Part shown: positions 26,478-34,737 of the stretch, in pieces
Layout of the letters: each line of letters begins with the position of its first letter
How positions within the stretch are numbered: the first letter of the stretch is position 1
Source of the DNA: Verrucomicrobiales bacterium
Lineage (GTDB): Bacteria; Verrucomicrobiota; Verrucomicrobiia; Limisphaerales; UBA1100
Direction of reading: 5' to 3'
DNA: 40,461 bases
NCBI GenBank assembly: GCA_002728775.1
Contig: PBVU01000003.1
Location: forward strand, 1 to 40,461
Program-made: the position numbers and the translations under genes
The notes under the pieces: model-generated
Databases searched by the model: none
The model's input: only the letters and a program-made list of their open reading frames with translations
What the model was told of the DNA's origin: nothing

Positions 26478-26680
26478 AGGGTGCTGTATTTCTTTAGCTT
26501 TTGGATAATGCTGCGGCTGTAAATCAGGAGAACAATTCCACTGACGATAAAAGTGATGCCGATTCCCAAAAAGCTTGCATCTTCGCCATTGTGCCAGCGC
26601 ATCACGCACCAAGAGCCTACCCCGAATCCCAAGAGGATGGATATGATAATGAAGACTATGTGAAACGCCTTGAGTGACAT
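26474..26680 (-). CDS. Small two-TM membrane protein (68 aa), unknown family
   Basis: The ATG at 26680 is 1 nt after the subunit IV stop. Sequence: MSLKAFHIVFIIISILLGFGVGSWCVMRW...FLGIGITFIVSGIVLLIYSRS. The longer track ORF (to 26806) would overlap subunit IV. Confidence 0.5.
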   Translation of the reverse strand: MSLKAFHIVFIIISILLGFGVGSWCVMRWHNGEDASFLGIGITFIVSGIVLLIYSRSIIQKLKKYSTL

Positions 26681-26681
26681 T

Positions 26682-27101
26682 TTATTCGTCTCCCTTGTCT
26701 CCGAGTTGCCCGTTCTCGGATGCATCCTTGGATTCCTTGGTGATCGGCAAGCCGGTGTTTGCATCGAATTCGTGAATATTCCCGGGCTTGCGCCACTGCT
26801 CGCCAAGAACTGTGAGCCCCATCATCCCCGCGAAGAAGAAAAACGTGCAAAGCATAGTCCAGCTGATCGTCTTGAGCTTGGAGTCCCACCATATGTGCAT
26901 GAAAACAGCCACGACTCCGGTGGCCTTGATGATGGCCACAAACATGGCCATCAAGACGGCATAGCCGAAGCCGCCCAAGTGATCCGCCACATGGAACAGG
27001 TCGGCGGCAAATGTCAGCGCCGTGCCGACAATCAACACGATGCCGACGGCATTGATCTGCTTCTTGAGCTGGTCGTAATCAGTTTTATGGTCGTCGCTCA
27101 T
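26682..27101 (-). CDS. Cytochrome c oxidase subunit IV (prokaryotic COX4_pro-like)
   Basis: 139 aa, 3 TM, with ...AIIKATGVVAVFMHIWWD... typical of bacterial subunit IV/CtaF-like proteins. Lies directly after subunit III. Confidence 0.72.
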   Translation of the reverse strand: MSDDHKTDYDQLKKQINAVGIVLIVGTALTFAADLFHVADHLGGFGYAVLMAMFVAIIKATGVVAVFMHIWWDSKLKTISWTMLCTFFFFAGMMGLTVLGEQWRKPGNIHEFDANTGLPITKESKDASENGQLGDKGDE

Positions 27102-27110
27102 GGGGTCTCC

Positions 27111-28208
27111 TTACAATAGGTACAAAATTGGGAAGAGGAAAATCCAGACAAGGTCCACGAAGTGCCAGAACAAGCCAGTGATCTCAATACGGTTGGCAAA
27201 GCGATCCTTGCTCTCCGTCCAGACACGACGGCTGATAGGCAGGAGGTGGTAAAGCATGACGAAGATGCCGCCCAGCACGTGGAGAGCATGAAGGCCAGTC
27301 ATGGTGTAGTAGGTTGCAAAAAATGTGCTGTGGCCGGGATCAAATGAAGTGAGCCTTTGAATGTCTTCGCGGGGAATCTTGACGGTGTTGTGACCGTGTG
27401 CGCTCGAGCTGTCCCCGTCGTGTTTATGGTTTTCATGGTCTTCAGCAACACGCCTCGGCTTTTTGCTGGACGCCCTATCCTTGTCCCAGACGCCATGGGC
27501 GGGGGCAAGCTCAATGGCAGCAATGTTGTATTTACGGAAAGTTGTGGGTGTTCCGGCTTCGTCGGCCTTCTTCTCCGAGGGCTGGGAAAAGCGCCAGAGC
27601 CAAGCCTTGCTCCAGAATGGTACACCAAGGACGGCACCAACCTCGTGATGTTTGCCTTCCTTGTCCCAATAGCCAACAATATGGCCATCGAGCGGCTTGT
27701 CCTTCAATTCGACGTCGCTCCAAGCCTTCTTGTGGGGGTCATAGCGTTTTTGCCAGATGTCCTTTACTGACTCTTCACTGAAGCCGCCGGGAAGAGCGGC
27801 GCCCATGTGCTTCCTAGCCACCTCATTACTGGTAAAGGTGATGTCATAATGGGTGAACTTGGCGGGCCATTCATAGCTCCACTTGACCACCAGGAATGCT
27901 GCCGCAAATATGATAGTCCACCATTGCAGCCTACGAAAGCCGGCGAAGTCATCCTGCTTGAGGCAAATCCACGCAAGTACGACAGTTACGCTGGAGGCAA
28001 TCAAGATCAGGGTGTTGAACGCGCCAACCCACTTGTTCATCAAGCCCAAGCTCCAAGTGCCCGGGTCAGCGCCGACGCGCAGGAGCACGTAGGCGGAAAA
28101 TAGCGCACCGAAGAGCATAACCTCAGAGGCAAGGAACAGCCAGATGCCGGCCTTGCCGTTGTACAGGCCCGTGTCTTCGCGGGGTTTTTCTGCGTAGGGA
28201 ATTTCCAT
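27111..28208 (-). CDS. ctaE: Cytochrome c oxidase subunit III (5-TM form) with a ~165-aa loop insertion
   Basis: Conserved ends: GIWLFLASEVMLFGALFSAY, then TMTGLHALHVLGG and GLFWHFVDLVWIFLF. Residues ~121-290 between TM3 and TM4 have no counterpart in canonical subunit III. Confidence 0.85.
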   Translation of the reverse strand: MEIPYAEKPREDTGLYNGKAGIWLFLASEVMLFGALFSAYVLLRVGADPGTWSLGLMNKWVGAFNTLILIASSVTVVLAWICLKQDDFAGFRRLQWWTIIFAAAFLVVKWSYEWPAKFTHYDITFTSNEVARKHMGAALPGGFSEESVKDIWQKRYDPHKKAWSDVELKDKPLDGHIVGYWDKEGKHHEVGAVLGVPFWSKAWLWRFSQPSEKKADEAGTPTTFRKYNIAAIELAPAHGVWDKDRASSKKPRRVAEDHENHKHDGDSSSAHGHNTVKIPREDIQRLTSFDPGHSTFFATYYTMTGLHALHVLGGIFVMLYHLLPISRRVWTESKDRFANRIEITGLFWHFVDLVWIFLFPILYLL

Positions 28209-30050
28209 TTACTTGGCGGGTTCGTTCTGGGGCGTGAAGTCCTTGGAGGCGCCGGGCACGCTGTATTCGTAAGCTTCCCGGTATACCTCGATTTTCTTCG
28301 TAAAGTTTCCGTGGCCAGGAGGCGTGGGGGTTTGCCATTCCAGCGTGGTGCCTTCCGCCGGGTTGTCATTCTTGACCTTCTCGCCGTGAAGCAGGCTCCA
28401 GAAAAAATTGATGATGAAAGGAACCTGCGCCAGCCCCAGAGCCCAAGCAGCATGGGAGATATTCTGATTGAGCGCGAGCGAGGTGGCGGTTAGGCCTACC
28501 ACTCCGTCCGCCGCGCCATAGGCCGCGCCGCCATCGGACATGCGCCGGATCATACCGTCCATGCCCTGCGCGAACATGGGCATGAAGATCAGGTTCATGA
28601 AAATCAGCGAACACCAAAAATGCACCTTGCCCCAGAATTCATTCATGTGTCGACCTGTCATCTTGGGATACCAGTAGTAGATGCCCGCAAGCAGGCCGAA
28701 GATTGTTCCCGGCGCCACGACATAATGGAAATGGGCAATGACATAGTAGGTGTCATGAAGGTGGATGTCCGTGAAGTTAAATCCGAGCGGGAGGCCCGTA
28801 AGGCCGCCAATGCCGAACATGGGCAGAAACGCCAAGGCAAACATCGAGGCCGTGTTAAATCGCATGGAACCCTTCCATAGGCTCATAAAAAGACAGGTCA
28901 ACAGGATGACTGATGGGATGGAGATAATCATCGTTGTTGTCTGGAAGAACGTGGCCACCTTGGTGCTCATGCCCGTCATATACATGTGGTGTGCCCAGAC
29001 GATGAAGGACAGAAAGCCGAGCACTAGAACAGAGCCCACCATGAGTTTGTAGCCCCAGATGGGACGCCGTGTGGTGTTGGCCAGGATCTCAGTGACAATC
29101 CCGATGGCGGGCAGGATGAGGACGTACACCTCGGGGTGTCCCAGAAACCAGAACAAGTGTTGATACAGGAGTGGGCTGCCGCCGCCACTGATGTCTGCTG
29201 GAGCGCCGGCAACCATCAGACCGGTGGGGGAGAAGAAACTGGCACCTGGAGCAACAATATCGATCAACATCATGATGGCTGCAGCCTCCAAGGGTGGAAA
29301 GGCCAGAAGCAGCAAAAAGGCGGTCACAAATTGTGCCCAGACAAAGAATGGCATGCGAAACCAAGTCATGCCTGGGGCGCGCAACTGGATGATGGTGGCA
29401 ATGAAATTTACAGCGCCCAAGAGTGACGACGTGATCAGGAGGATGAATCCGACCAGAAGGTAGATTTGTCCGTTGGTGGGGATGATCTCGGACAATGGCG
29501 GATACATGGTCCAGCCCGCTTGCGCGGGACCGCCGGGTATAAAAAAACTGGCGGCGATGATGACTACCCCGACAAAGAAACACCAAAAACTGGCCATGTT
29601 GACTCGTGGAAAACACATATCCACGGCTCCTATCTGGAGGGGCACGATGTAATTCCCAAAAGCGGCAAACCCTAGCGGCACAATGGCCAGAAACACCATG
29701 ATGACGCCGTGCATGGCACCGAACTGGTTGTAGGCACTGCGAGACATGACGCCGTTTTCAAAAATCGGCTTGGATTCCCCACCCAACTCGTGGGCGTAAA
29801 CGTGCTCGAGTACCTTGCCGGCTACGGGTATGGGTTGGCCAGGCTTGGCCATCTGCCAACGCATGGTGGCAATGAGGCAGAAACCAATCAGTAAAAATAC
29901 TAGGCCAGTAATGCCGTACTGGATTCCGATGATCTTGTGATCGGAGGAAAAGACGTACTTGGACAGAAAATGCTGGTCGCCGTGATCGTCATGGCCGTGA
30001 TCATGCGTCTCCGCGGCTTGGTCAGCTTTTTTTGTTTTTGTTTGTGCCAT
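28209..30050 (-). CDS. ctaD: Cytochrome c oxidase subunit I
   Basis: 613 aa with the signature LFWFLGHPEVYVLILPAIG, WAHHMY and more than 12 TM segments. Its stop abuts the subunit III ATG. Confidence 0.97.
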   Translation of the reverse strand: MAQTKTKKADQAAETHDHGHDDHGDQHFLSKYVFSSDHKIIGIQYGITGLVFLLIGFCLIATMRWQMAKPGQPIPVAGKVLEHVYAHELGGESKPIFENGVMSRSAYNQFGAMHGVIMVFLAIVPLGFAAFGNYIVPLQIGAVDMCFPRVNMASFWCFFVGVVIIAASFFIPGGPAQAGWTMYPPLSEIIPTNGQIYLLVGFILLITSSLLGAVNFIATIIQLRAPGMTWFRMPFFVWAQFVTAFLLLLAFPPLEAAAIMMLIDIVAPGASFFSPTGLMVAGAPADISGGGSPLLYQHLFWFLGHPEVYVLILPAIGIVTEILANTTRRPIWGYKLMVGSVLVLGFLSFIVWAHHMYMTGMSTKVATFFQTTTMIISIPSVILLTCLFMSLWKGSMRFNTASMFALAFLPMFGIGGLTGLPLGFNFTDIHLHDTYYVIAHFHYVVAPGTIFGLLAGIYYWYPKMTGRHMNEFWGKVHFWCSLIFMNLIFMPMFAQGMDGMIRRMSDGGAAYGAADGVVGLTATSLALNQNISHAAWALGLAQVPFIINFFWSLLHGEKVKNDNPAEGTTLEWQTPTPPGHGNFTKKIEVYREAYEYSVPGASKDFTPQNEPAK

Positions 30051-30068
30051 GGGGTTGTGTTTTAAGGG

Positions 30069-30965
30069 TCATGCCCGAGCCACCACCATCAACCCCAGCA
30101 ACAGGGGCAGATAAAGGATGGAATAGTAAAACAAACGGCGCGCTGATGCCACCGTCAAATTCCGGGCAAAGTTGATCGCGCCCGCCAAAAAGAGCAGCCC
30201 GAGCGCAATCGCGCCCGCAAAATACCATGGGCCGGTCATCTGAAAGATGGCCGGCAACAATGAAAACGGCAACAGAGCGAGCGCGTAATGCACCGACTGA
30301 CGGCTGGTGCGTTCACCGGTCTCATCTTCAACCGAGAGCATGGCAAAACCCGCCTTTGCGTATTCATCGCGATACATCCAAGAAATAGCAAAAAAATGGG
30401 GCAGTTGCCAGAAAAACAGAATTGCAACCAGGGTCCATCCTTCCACTGCAATATTGTTTTGCGCAGCAGCCCATCCCATCAAGGGCGGCAATGCACCGGG
30501 AATAGCCCCGACGAGAGTGTTGTGTTCTGTCACTCGCTTGAGGGGCGTATAAATCAACACGTAACTGACAAGGGTGACCGCCCCGATCACACTGGTGGTG
30601 GGGTTTACGGCCATGGCCAGCCAAATGAGGCCCATCACGCTGGCGGCTCCACCATAGAGCAAGGCAATCTCTGGCCTGATTTGCCCCGCGGGGATGGGCC
30701 TGCCCGCGGTACGCTGCATCTTGGCGTCGTAGTCCTTTTCCAAGTATTGGTTCAGAGATTGGGCTCCGCTTGCCACCAGCACCGTTCCGAGCAAGGTGTG
30801 GAAGAGCAACGCGAAATCCACGGTTGCTGCACCCATGTAAAAACCCACCGCCGTGGTTACCAGCACCATCAGGGTCAGGCGCGCCTTGATCAATTCAGCG
30901 AACACCGTCAACCGCCCCGCGGCCGCGCCGCGTTTTGCAACTGGAATGACGGATTCAGAACTCAT
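30069..30965 (-). CDS. ctaB: Protohaem IX farnesyltransferase (haem O synthase)
   Basis: UbiA-family polytopic protein with NQYLEKDYDAKMQRTAGRPIPAG. Abuts the ctaA stop. Confidence 0.92.
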   Translation of the reverse strand: MSSESVIPVAKRGAAAGRLTVFAELIKARLTLMVLVTTAVGFYMGAATVDFALLFHTLLGTVLVASGAQSLNQYLEKDYDAKMQRTAGRPIPAGQIRPEIALLYGGAASVMGLIWLAMAVNPTTSVIGAVTLVSYVLIYTPLKRVTEHNTLVGAIPGALPPLMGWAAAQNNIAVEGWTLVAILFFWQLPHFFAISWMYRDEYAKAGFAMLSVEDETGERTSRQSVHYALALLPFSLLPAIFQMTGPWYFAGAIALGLLFLAGAINFARNLTVASARRLFYYSILYLPLLLGLMVVARA

Positions 30966-32228
30966 TTAACCGATCGCCTCCACTCGCGCCATGGCAATTC
31001 CCTGACTGTTTTCACGCGTGGCTGGAGGCAGGCATTTCGCATGACTGATGATCGTCGCTATGACTCCGGTCAACAGCGACAAGGCCCCACATACCACGTG
31101 GGCCGTTGCGATATCAGCCGGCTTGTATTTCAGGACGGTCAATGCCCCCAAAATTCCCTGAACGACAATCAAGGCCAGCCAAACCAGAGACAGTCGGCTG
31201 AGGCAATGCGATCCGCCCAAGCGCTTATGCGCAAGTACTACGGTGCACAGAACCAAGCCGAGAATCAAGAGGGCGCCAACACGGTGCAGCATGTGCAGAA
31301 TCACGTGGCCTGCCTGAAGATCACGACCGGTGCTAAGGAAAATCATGGGCCGGCCTTCCGCGTCTGTGACGCGCTTTTGTTCATTGAGGTTTTTTTGCAG
31401 GGTAGCGCGATCACTTCGGTACTGCTGCATGGAGGCTGCATCAGTTGCCGGCCACCATTGGCCATGCGCCTTTGGAAAATCCCAGACGGCCAAGCCGGCA
31501 TGTTGGTGCCTCATGGTCGCTCCCAGTATCAATTGGAGGAGGATTACTGCAGTCGCCGCGATAAAATGAAAGCGGATAACTTTGGGAGCCATCTCCCCTG
31601 CTCCACTGGAGGTGGGAGTGATTTTCCACCACAGGCTCGAAAACACCGCGATGCAAACGAGAACAATCAGGAACAATTGGGCCAAGATACCGTGGAAAAT
31701 GCCGATCTCGTCATTGAATTGAGTCACGCGGAGTCCACCCAGTACTCCCTGAATGATCACCATGGAATAGGCAAGCGTGCCCCACCAGCGCAGCGCCGTG
31801 CGGTCTTGATAAATGTGCCAGACGGATATGCCGGCGATCACGACTGCCAGCAAGGCCATGGCTACGAATGTCGATGGGGTTCTCACCCCCATCAGGCCCA
31901 AGGTCAGGACAATGCCGGCAAGCGCCATTTTGCGCTTGTGGCCGGTGGATTCACGGACCCACAGCCACCCCGCAAGCCCGGCGGTCAAAAGGCCGACCAA
32001 CGACGCCAGGAGCCTGTGTGAGTGTTCCTCGAAAATTCCAAATTTGCCGAGCCATTGGTCAAGGGGGAGAAGGAACATGTTATAACCGAAACTCGTGGGC
32101 CAGTCGTGCACAGCCAACCCTGCCTCGCGGCTTGTCACCAGCCCCCCCATGCCAATCAGGCACAGCGTTGCGAATACCACAAACATGGCGAAACGATTTA
32201 GTCCCTTGTTGAATCCTCCCTGATCCAC
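30966..32228 (-). CDS. ctaA: Haem A synthase (COX15/CtaA family)
   Basis: 8-TM two-half architecture with conserved His-bearing helices (EEHSHRLLAS, IFHGILAQLF, LHMLHRVGALL, ATAHVVCGAL). GTG start at 32228. Confidence 0.85.
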   Translation of the reverse strand: MDQGGFNKGLNRFAMFVVFATLCLIGMGGLVTSREAGLAVHDWPTSFGYNMFLLPLDQWLGKFGIFEEHSHRLLASLVGLLTAGLAGWLWVRESTGHKRKMALAGIVLTLGLMGVRTPSTFVAMALLAVVIAGISVWHIYQDRTALRWWGTLAYSMVIIQGVLGGLRVTQFNDEIGIFHGILAQLFLIVLVCIAVFSSLWWKITPTSSGAGEMAPKVIRFHFIAATAVILLQLILGATMRHQHAGLAVWDFPKAHGQWWPATDAASMQQYRSDRATLQKNLNEQKRVTDAEGRPMIFLSTGRDLQAGHVILHMLHRVGALLILGLVLCTVVLAHKRLGGSHCLSRLSLVWLALIVVQGILGALTVLKYKPADIATAHVVCGALSLLTGVIATIISHAKCLPPATRENSQGIAMARVEAIG

Positions 32229-32236
32229 TTGCTTCT

Positions 32237-32980
32237 CTACTGGGGCGCTTTCAATGTGAAATCAATGCCGACAAGATTATCGGCGCCCACCTTAACCACC
32301 TGCTCCTGTCGGGCTCCCGTGCGATGGTGGATTCCTACCGTGTATTCGCCCGGGGGCACCTCCGTGATTGTGTAGCCTCCATCCTTGGTCGAGACGGCAA
32401 AAAAAGGATGTGGAAACACGGCGACGTGCGCAGACATCCACTTGTGGATGGCTCCCTTGAATTCAATCCCTAACGCGGGTTTTTCAAAGACATACTTTAG
32501 GGGCTTGCCCTTGGGGAGTTGCGCGCGAGCCTCGCGCCTGTTTGCCAGATCCTCGGCGTCCACCAGAACACTGTGCAACAAGGGGTCTGTGTTTAACAGG
32601 TGAACTTCCTGCCCCACCTGCGCAGCCATGACTTGGGGGACAAACTGGCACTGTTCCTGTTGCAATACTTCCGGCTCGGAAGGCGTCTTGAAATTCCGCC
32701 CCTCCACGCCGGTCTTGAGATAGACAATCACATCAGCCAAGCCACCGTTCTCATCCACCACCCAAGTGCGCGTAGCCGGACGGGTGCTTGCTTGAATCTT
32801 TTTGCACAGGGTTCCCAAGGGCAGAAAACGCTCAGGCGGCGGATCGCCCTTGAGTGTGATCTTCCCAGAAATACTGGCCCCGGAAACGGAAACCGCGACG
32901 CTGAGTGCCGCGCTCCATCCCAAGGATAAAGCTGTTTGCCTGAGTCTCACTACCAACCCCCCGGAACCTATCACCCGCAA
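32237..32980 (-). CDS. Secreted cupredoxin-like / carboxypeptidase-regulatory-like beta-sandwich protein, function unknown
   Basis: Has a signal-peptide-like N-terminus. GKITLKGDPP..., QCQFVPQVMAAQVGQEVHLLNTDPLLHSV and IHKWMSAHVAVFPHPFFAVSTKDGGYTITEVPPGEYTV resemble a family I recall from PVC/Acidobacteria/deltaproteobacteria. The track start at 32980 is TTG. A GTG at 32950, preceded by GGGGGG, gives a cleaner signal peptide ((M)RLRQTALSLGW...). Confidence 0.55.
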   Translation of the reverse strand: MRVIGSGGLVVRLRQTALSLGWSAALSVAVSVSGASISGKITLKGDPPPERFLPLGTLCKKIQASTRPATRTWVVDENGGLADVIVYLKTGVEGRNFKTPSEPEVLQQEQCQFVPQVMAAQVGQEVHLLNTDPLLHSVLVDAEDLANRREARAQLPKGKPLKYVFEKPALGIEFKGAIHKWMSAHVAVFPHPFFAVSTKDGGYTITEVPPGEYTVGIHHRTGARQEQVVKVGADNLVGIDFTLKAPQ

Positions 32981-32990
32981 ATATCTGGAG

Positions 32991-33024
32991 CAAGCACTTT
33001 GTGAAACTTTTCACAAAGTGCTTG
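32991..33024. promoter_or_regulatory. Perfect 16+16-bp inverted repeat with a TGTGA-N6-TCACA core (candidate CRP/FNR-family operator or RNA hairpin)
   Basis: CAAGCACTTTGTGAAA-CT-TTTCACAAAGTGCTTG. All 16 arm positions pair. The right arm covers the last 4 codons and the stop of ribH. The left arm ends 11 nt upstream of the TTG at 32980. Confidence 0.55.
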
Positions 33025-33496
33025 GATTTGAAATCTGCCGCATGGTTTGAGCCATTTTCAAGGCTGTATATGCGGCTTCGGTGCCTCGGTTTGTTGCTGA
33101 GTTCAAGCATCGTTCACGTGCTTGTTTTTCGTTCTCTAAAAGCAACACCTCGTGAATGACAGGCACACCTGTTTCGACGGCAATTTGTCCAAGCAGTCGG
33201 CTAACGGTTACCCCGATGTGGTCAGCATGTGTTGTCTCACCTCGAATTATTACACCCAGACATATGACAGTCGATGGGCGGCCGTTGTCTCGTCTTGTAA
33301 GCTGGGCGCAAGCCACCGGAATCTCAAAAGCCCCGGGGACAGAGACATGTTCCACCTCTGTCGCGCCGGCCTCCTTCAAGATGCCCAAGGCTGCGCCAAG
33401 CATGCCTTCAACAAAGGTGCCATTGTACTCCGAGGTGATAACGGCAATTTTCCCGATAGCCTTTGCTGGCGAATCTGTTTTTGACTCCTGAAGCAT
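33011..33496 (-). CDS. ribH: 6,7-dimethyl-8-ribityllumazine synthase
   Basis: 161 aa. (V)ITSEYNGTFVEGM, VPGAFEIPVA and VICLGVIIRGETTHADH are typical of RibH. Its ATG shares 1 nt with the ribBA stop. Confidence 0.93.
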   Translation of the reverse strand: MLQESKTDSPAKAIGKIAVITSEYNGTFVEGMLGAALGILKEAGATEVEHVSVPGAFEIPVACAQLTRRDNGRPSTVICLGVIIRGETTHADHIGVTVSRLLGQIAVETGVPVIHEVLLLENEKQARERCLNSATNRGTEAAYTALKMAQTMRQISNPSTL

Positions 33497-34737
33497 CAGA
33501 TCAAGTGGCCCATTTTGTCCCGCTTCGTTTTGAGGTACTTCTTGTTGTGTGCGTTGGCAGGCACTTTGATGGGGATTTGCGCTACAATCTCCAGCCCGTA
33601 CCCGTCCAGCCCGACCACTTTTTTAGGATTGTTGGTGAGGAGCCTGATTTTGCGGACGCCAAGATCCGCCAAAATCTGTGCCCCCAAGCCGTACTCTCGC
33701 AGGTCCATAGGGAATCCAAGTCGTTGATTGGCCTCCACTGTGTCCAGCCCCTTTTCTTGTAACTTGTAGGCATGGATTTTTGGAGCCAATCCGATCCCCC
33801 TGCCCTCTTGCCGCATGTAGACAATCACCCCCGCCTTGGCCTCCGAAACCTGCTTCATTGCCTGATGTAACTGTGAGCCGCAATCACACCGCAAACTTCC
33901 AAACACATCCCCCGTTAGGCATTCACTATGCACACGCACAAGCACATCGCATGCTGCCTGAACATCCCCTTTGACCATTGCCAAGTGGTGCTGCCCATCA
34001 ATCGCCGAACGGTACAAGTGCAGCATGAAATCCCCGAAATCTGTCGGCATCCCGACCACTTCGACCTTTTCGACCAGCTTCTCCCTTTCCCGCCGATGCT
34101 TGATCAGGTCCTCAATGCTGGCAATTTTTAAACCATGCTTCTTGGCAAAGCGTTTCAATTGCGGCAAGCGAGCCATGTTGCCGTCATCATTCATGATTTC
34201 ACAAATGACACCAATCGGTCGGCAGCCCGCCAAACGGGCGAAATCCACGGCAGCCTCCGTGTGCCCTGCCCGCTGCAGGACCCCCCCGGGCCGCGCGCGC
34301 AACGGAAAAATATGGCCTGGCTGGACAAGATCTTCAGTTACCGCCGTTGGATTGGCCATCATCTTGATCGTGTGGGCGCGATCCTTGGCGCTGATGCCCG
34401 TGCTGATTCCGTCCGCCGCATCAACGCTCACCTGAAAGTCTGTTTTAAACGATTCTTGGTTTTGAGGCACCATTCGCTCCACACCCAGTTGACGAAGACG
34501 ATCCTCTGTGGTGGGTACGCAAATCAAGCCGCGTCCATATTTGGCCATGAAGTTGACGGCCTTGGCCGTCACATGCTCCGCGGCCATGACCAGATCTCCC
34601 TCGTTCTCGCGGTCTTCGTCATCGACCACAACCACCATCCGACCTCGGCGAATGTCGGCAACAATCGATTCCACCGAGTCAAAGGGGGAGCTGTTCGATT
34701 GTGTCTTCTTTTTTGAAACCTTGCGTGGCATCTTCAT
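33496..34737 (-). CDS. ribBA: Bifunctional 3,4-dihydroxy-2-butanone-4-phosphate synthase / GTP cyclohydrolase II
   Basis: RibB block [16 protein letters not shown] and RibA zinc block [28 protein letters not shown] overlap with the alaS stop. Confidence 0.95.
   Translation of the reverse strand: MKMPRKVSKKKTQSNSSPFDSVESIVADIRRGRMVVVVDDEDRENEGDLVMAAEHVTAKAVNFMAKYGRGLICVPTTEDRLRQLGVERMVPQNQESFKTDFQVSVDAADGISTGISAKDRAHTIKMMANPTAVTEDLVQPGHIFPLRARPGGVLQRAGHTEAAVDFARLAGCRPIGVICEIMNDDGNMARLPQLKRFAKKHGLKIASIEDLIKHRREREKLVEKVEVVGMPTDFGDFMLHLYRSAIDGQHHLAMVKGDVQAACDVLVRVHSECLTGDVFGSLRCDCGSQLHQAMKQVSEAKAGVIVYMRQEGRGIGLAPKIHAYKLQEKGLDTVEANQRLGFPMDLREYGLGAQILADLGVRKIRLLTNNPKKVVGLDGYGLEIVAQIPIKVPANAHNKKYLKTKRDKMGHLI

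Noticed and set aside
26474-26806. The longer track versions of the two small ORFs (110 aa and 132 aa).
   Set aside because: The N-terminal extensions overlap the preceding genes and are hydrophilic R/P/S-rich out-of-frame readings. Internal ATGs at 26680 and 26477 give tightly coupled, hydrophobic products.
30288-32021. A 577-aa ORF on the + strand, the longest non-annotated ORF in the track.
   Set aside because: It lies entirely antisense to ctaB and ctaA, which have clear family motifs. Its translation is R/G/H/Q/P-rich low-complexity sequence with no recognisable domain. A stop-free antisense frame can arise by chance opposite a coding strand with biased codon usage, so I treat it as spurious.
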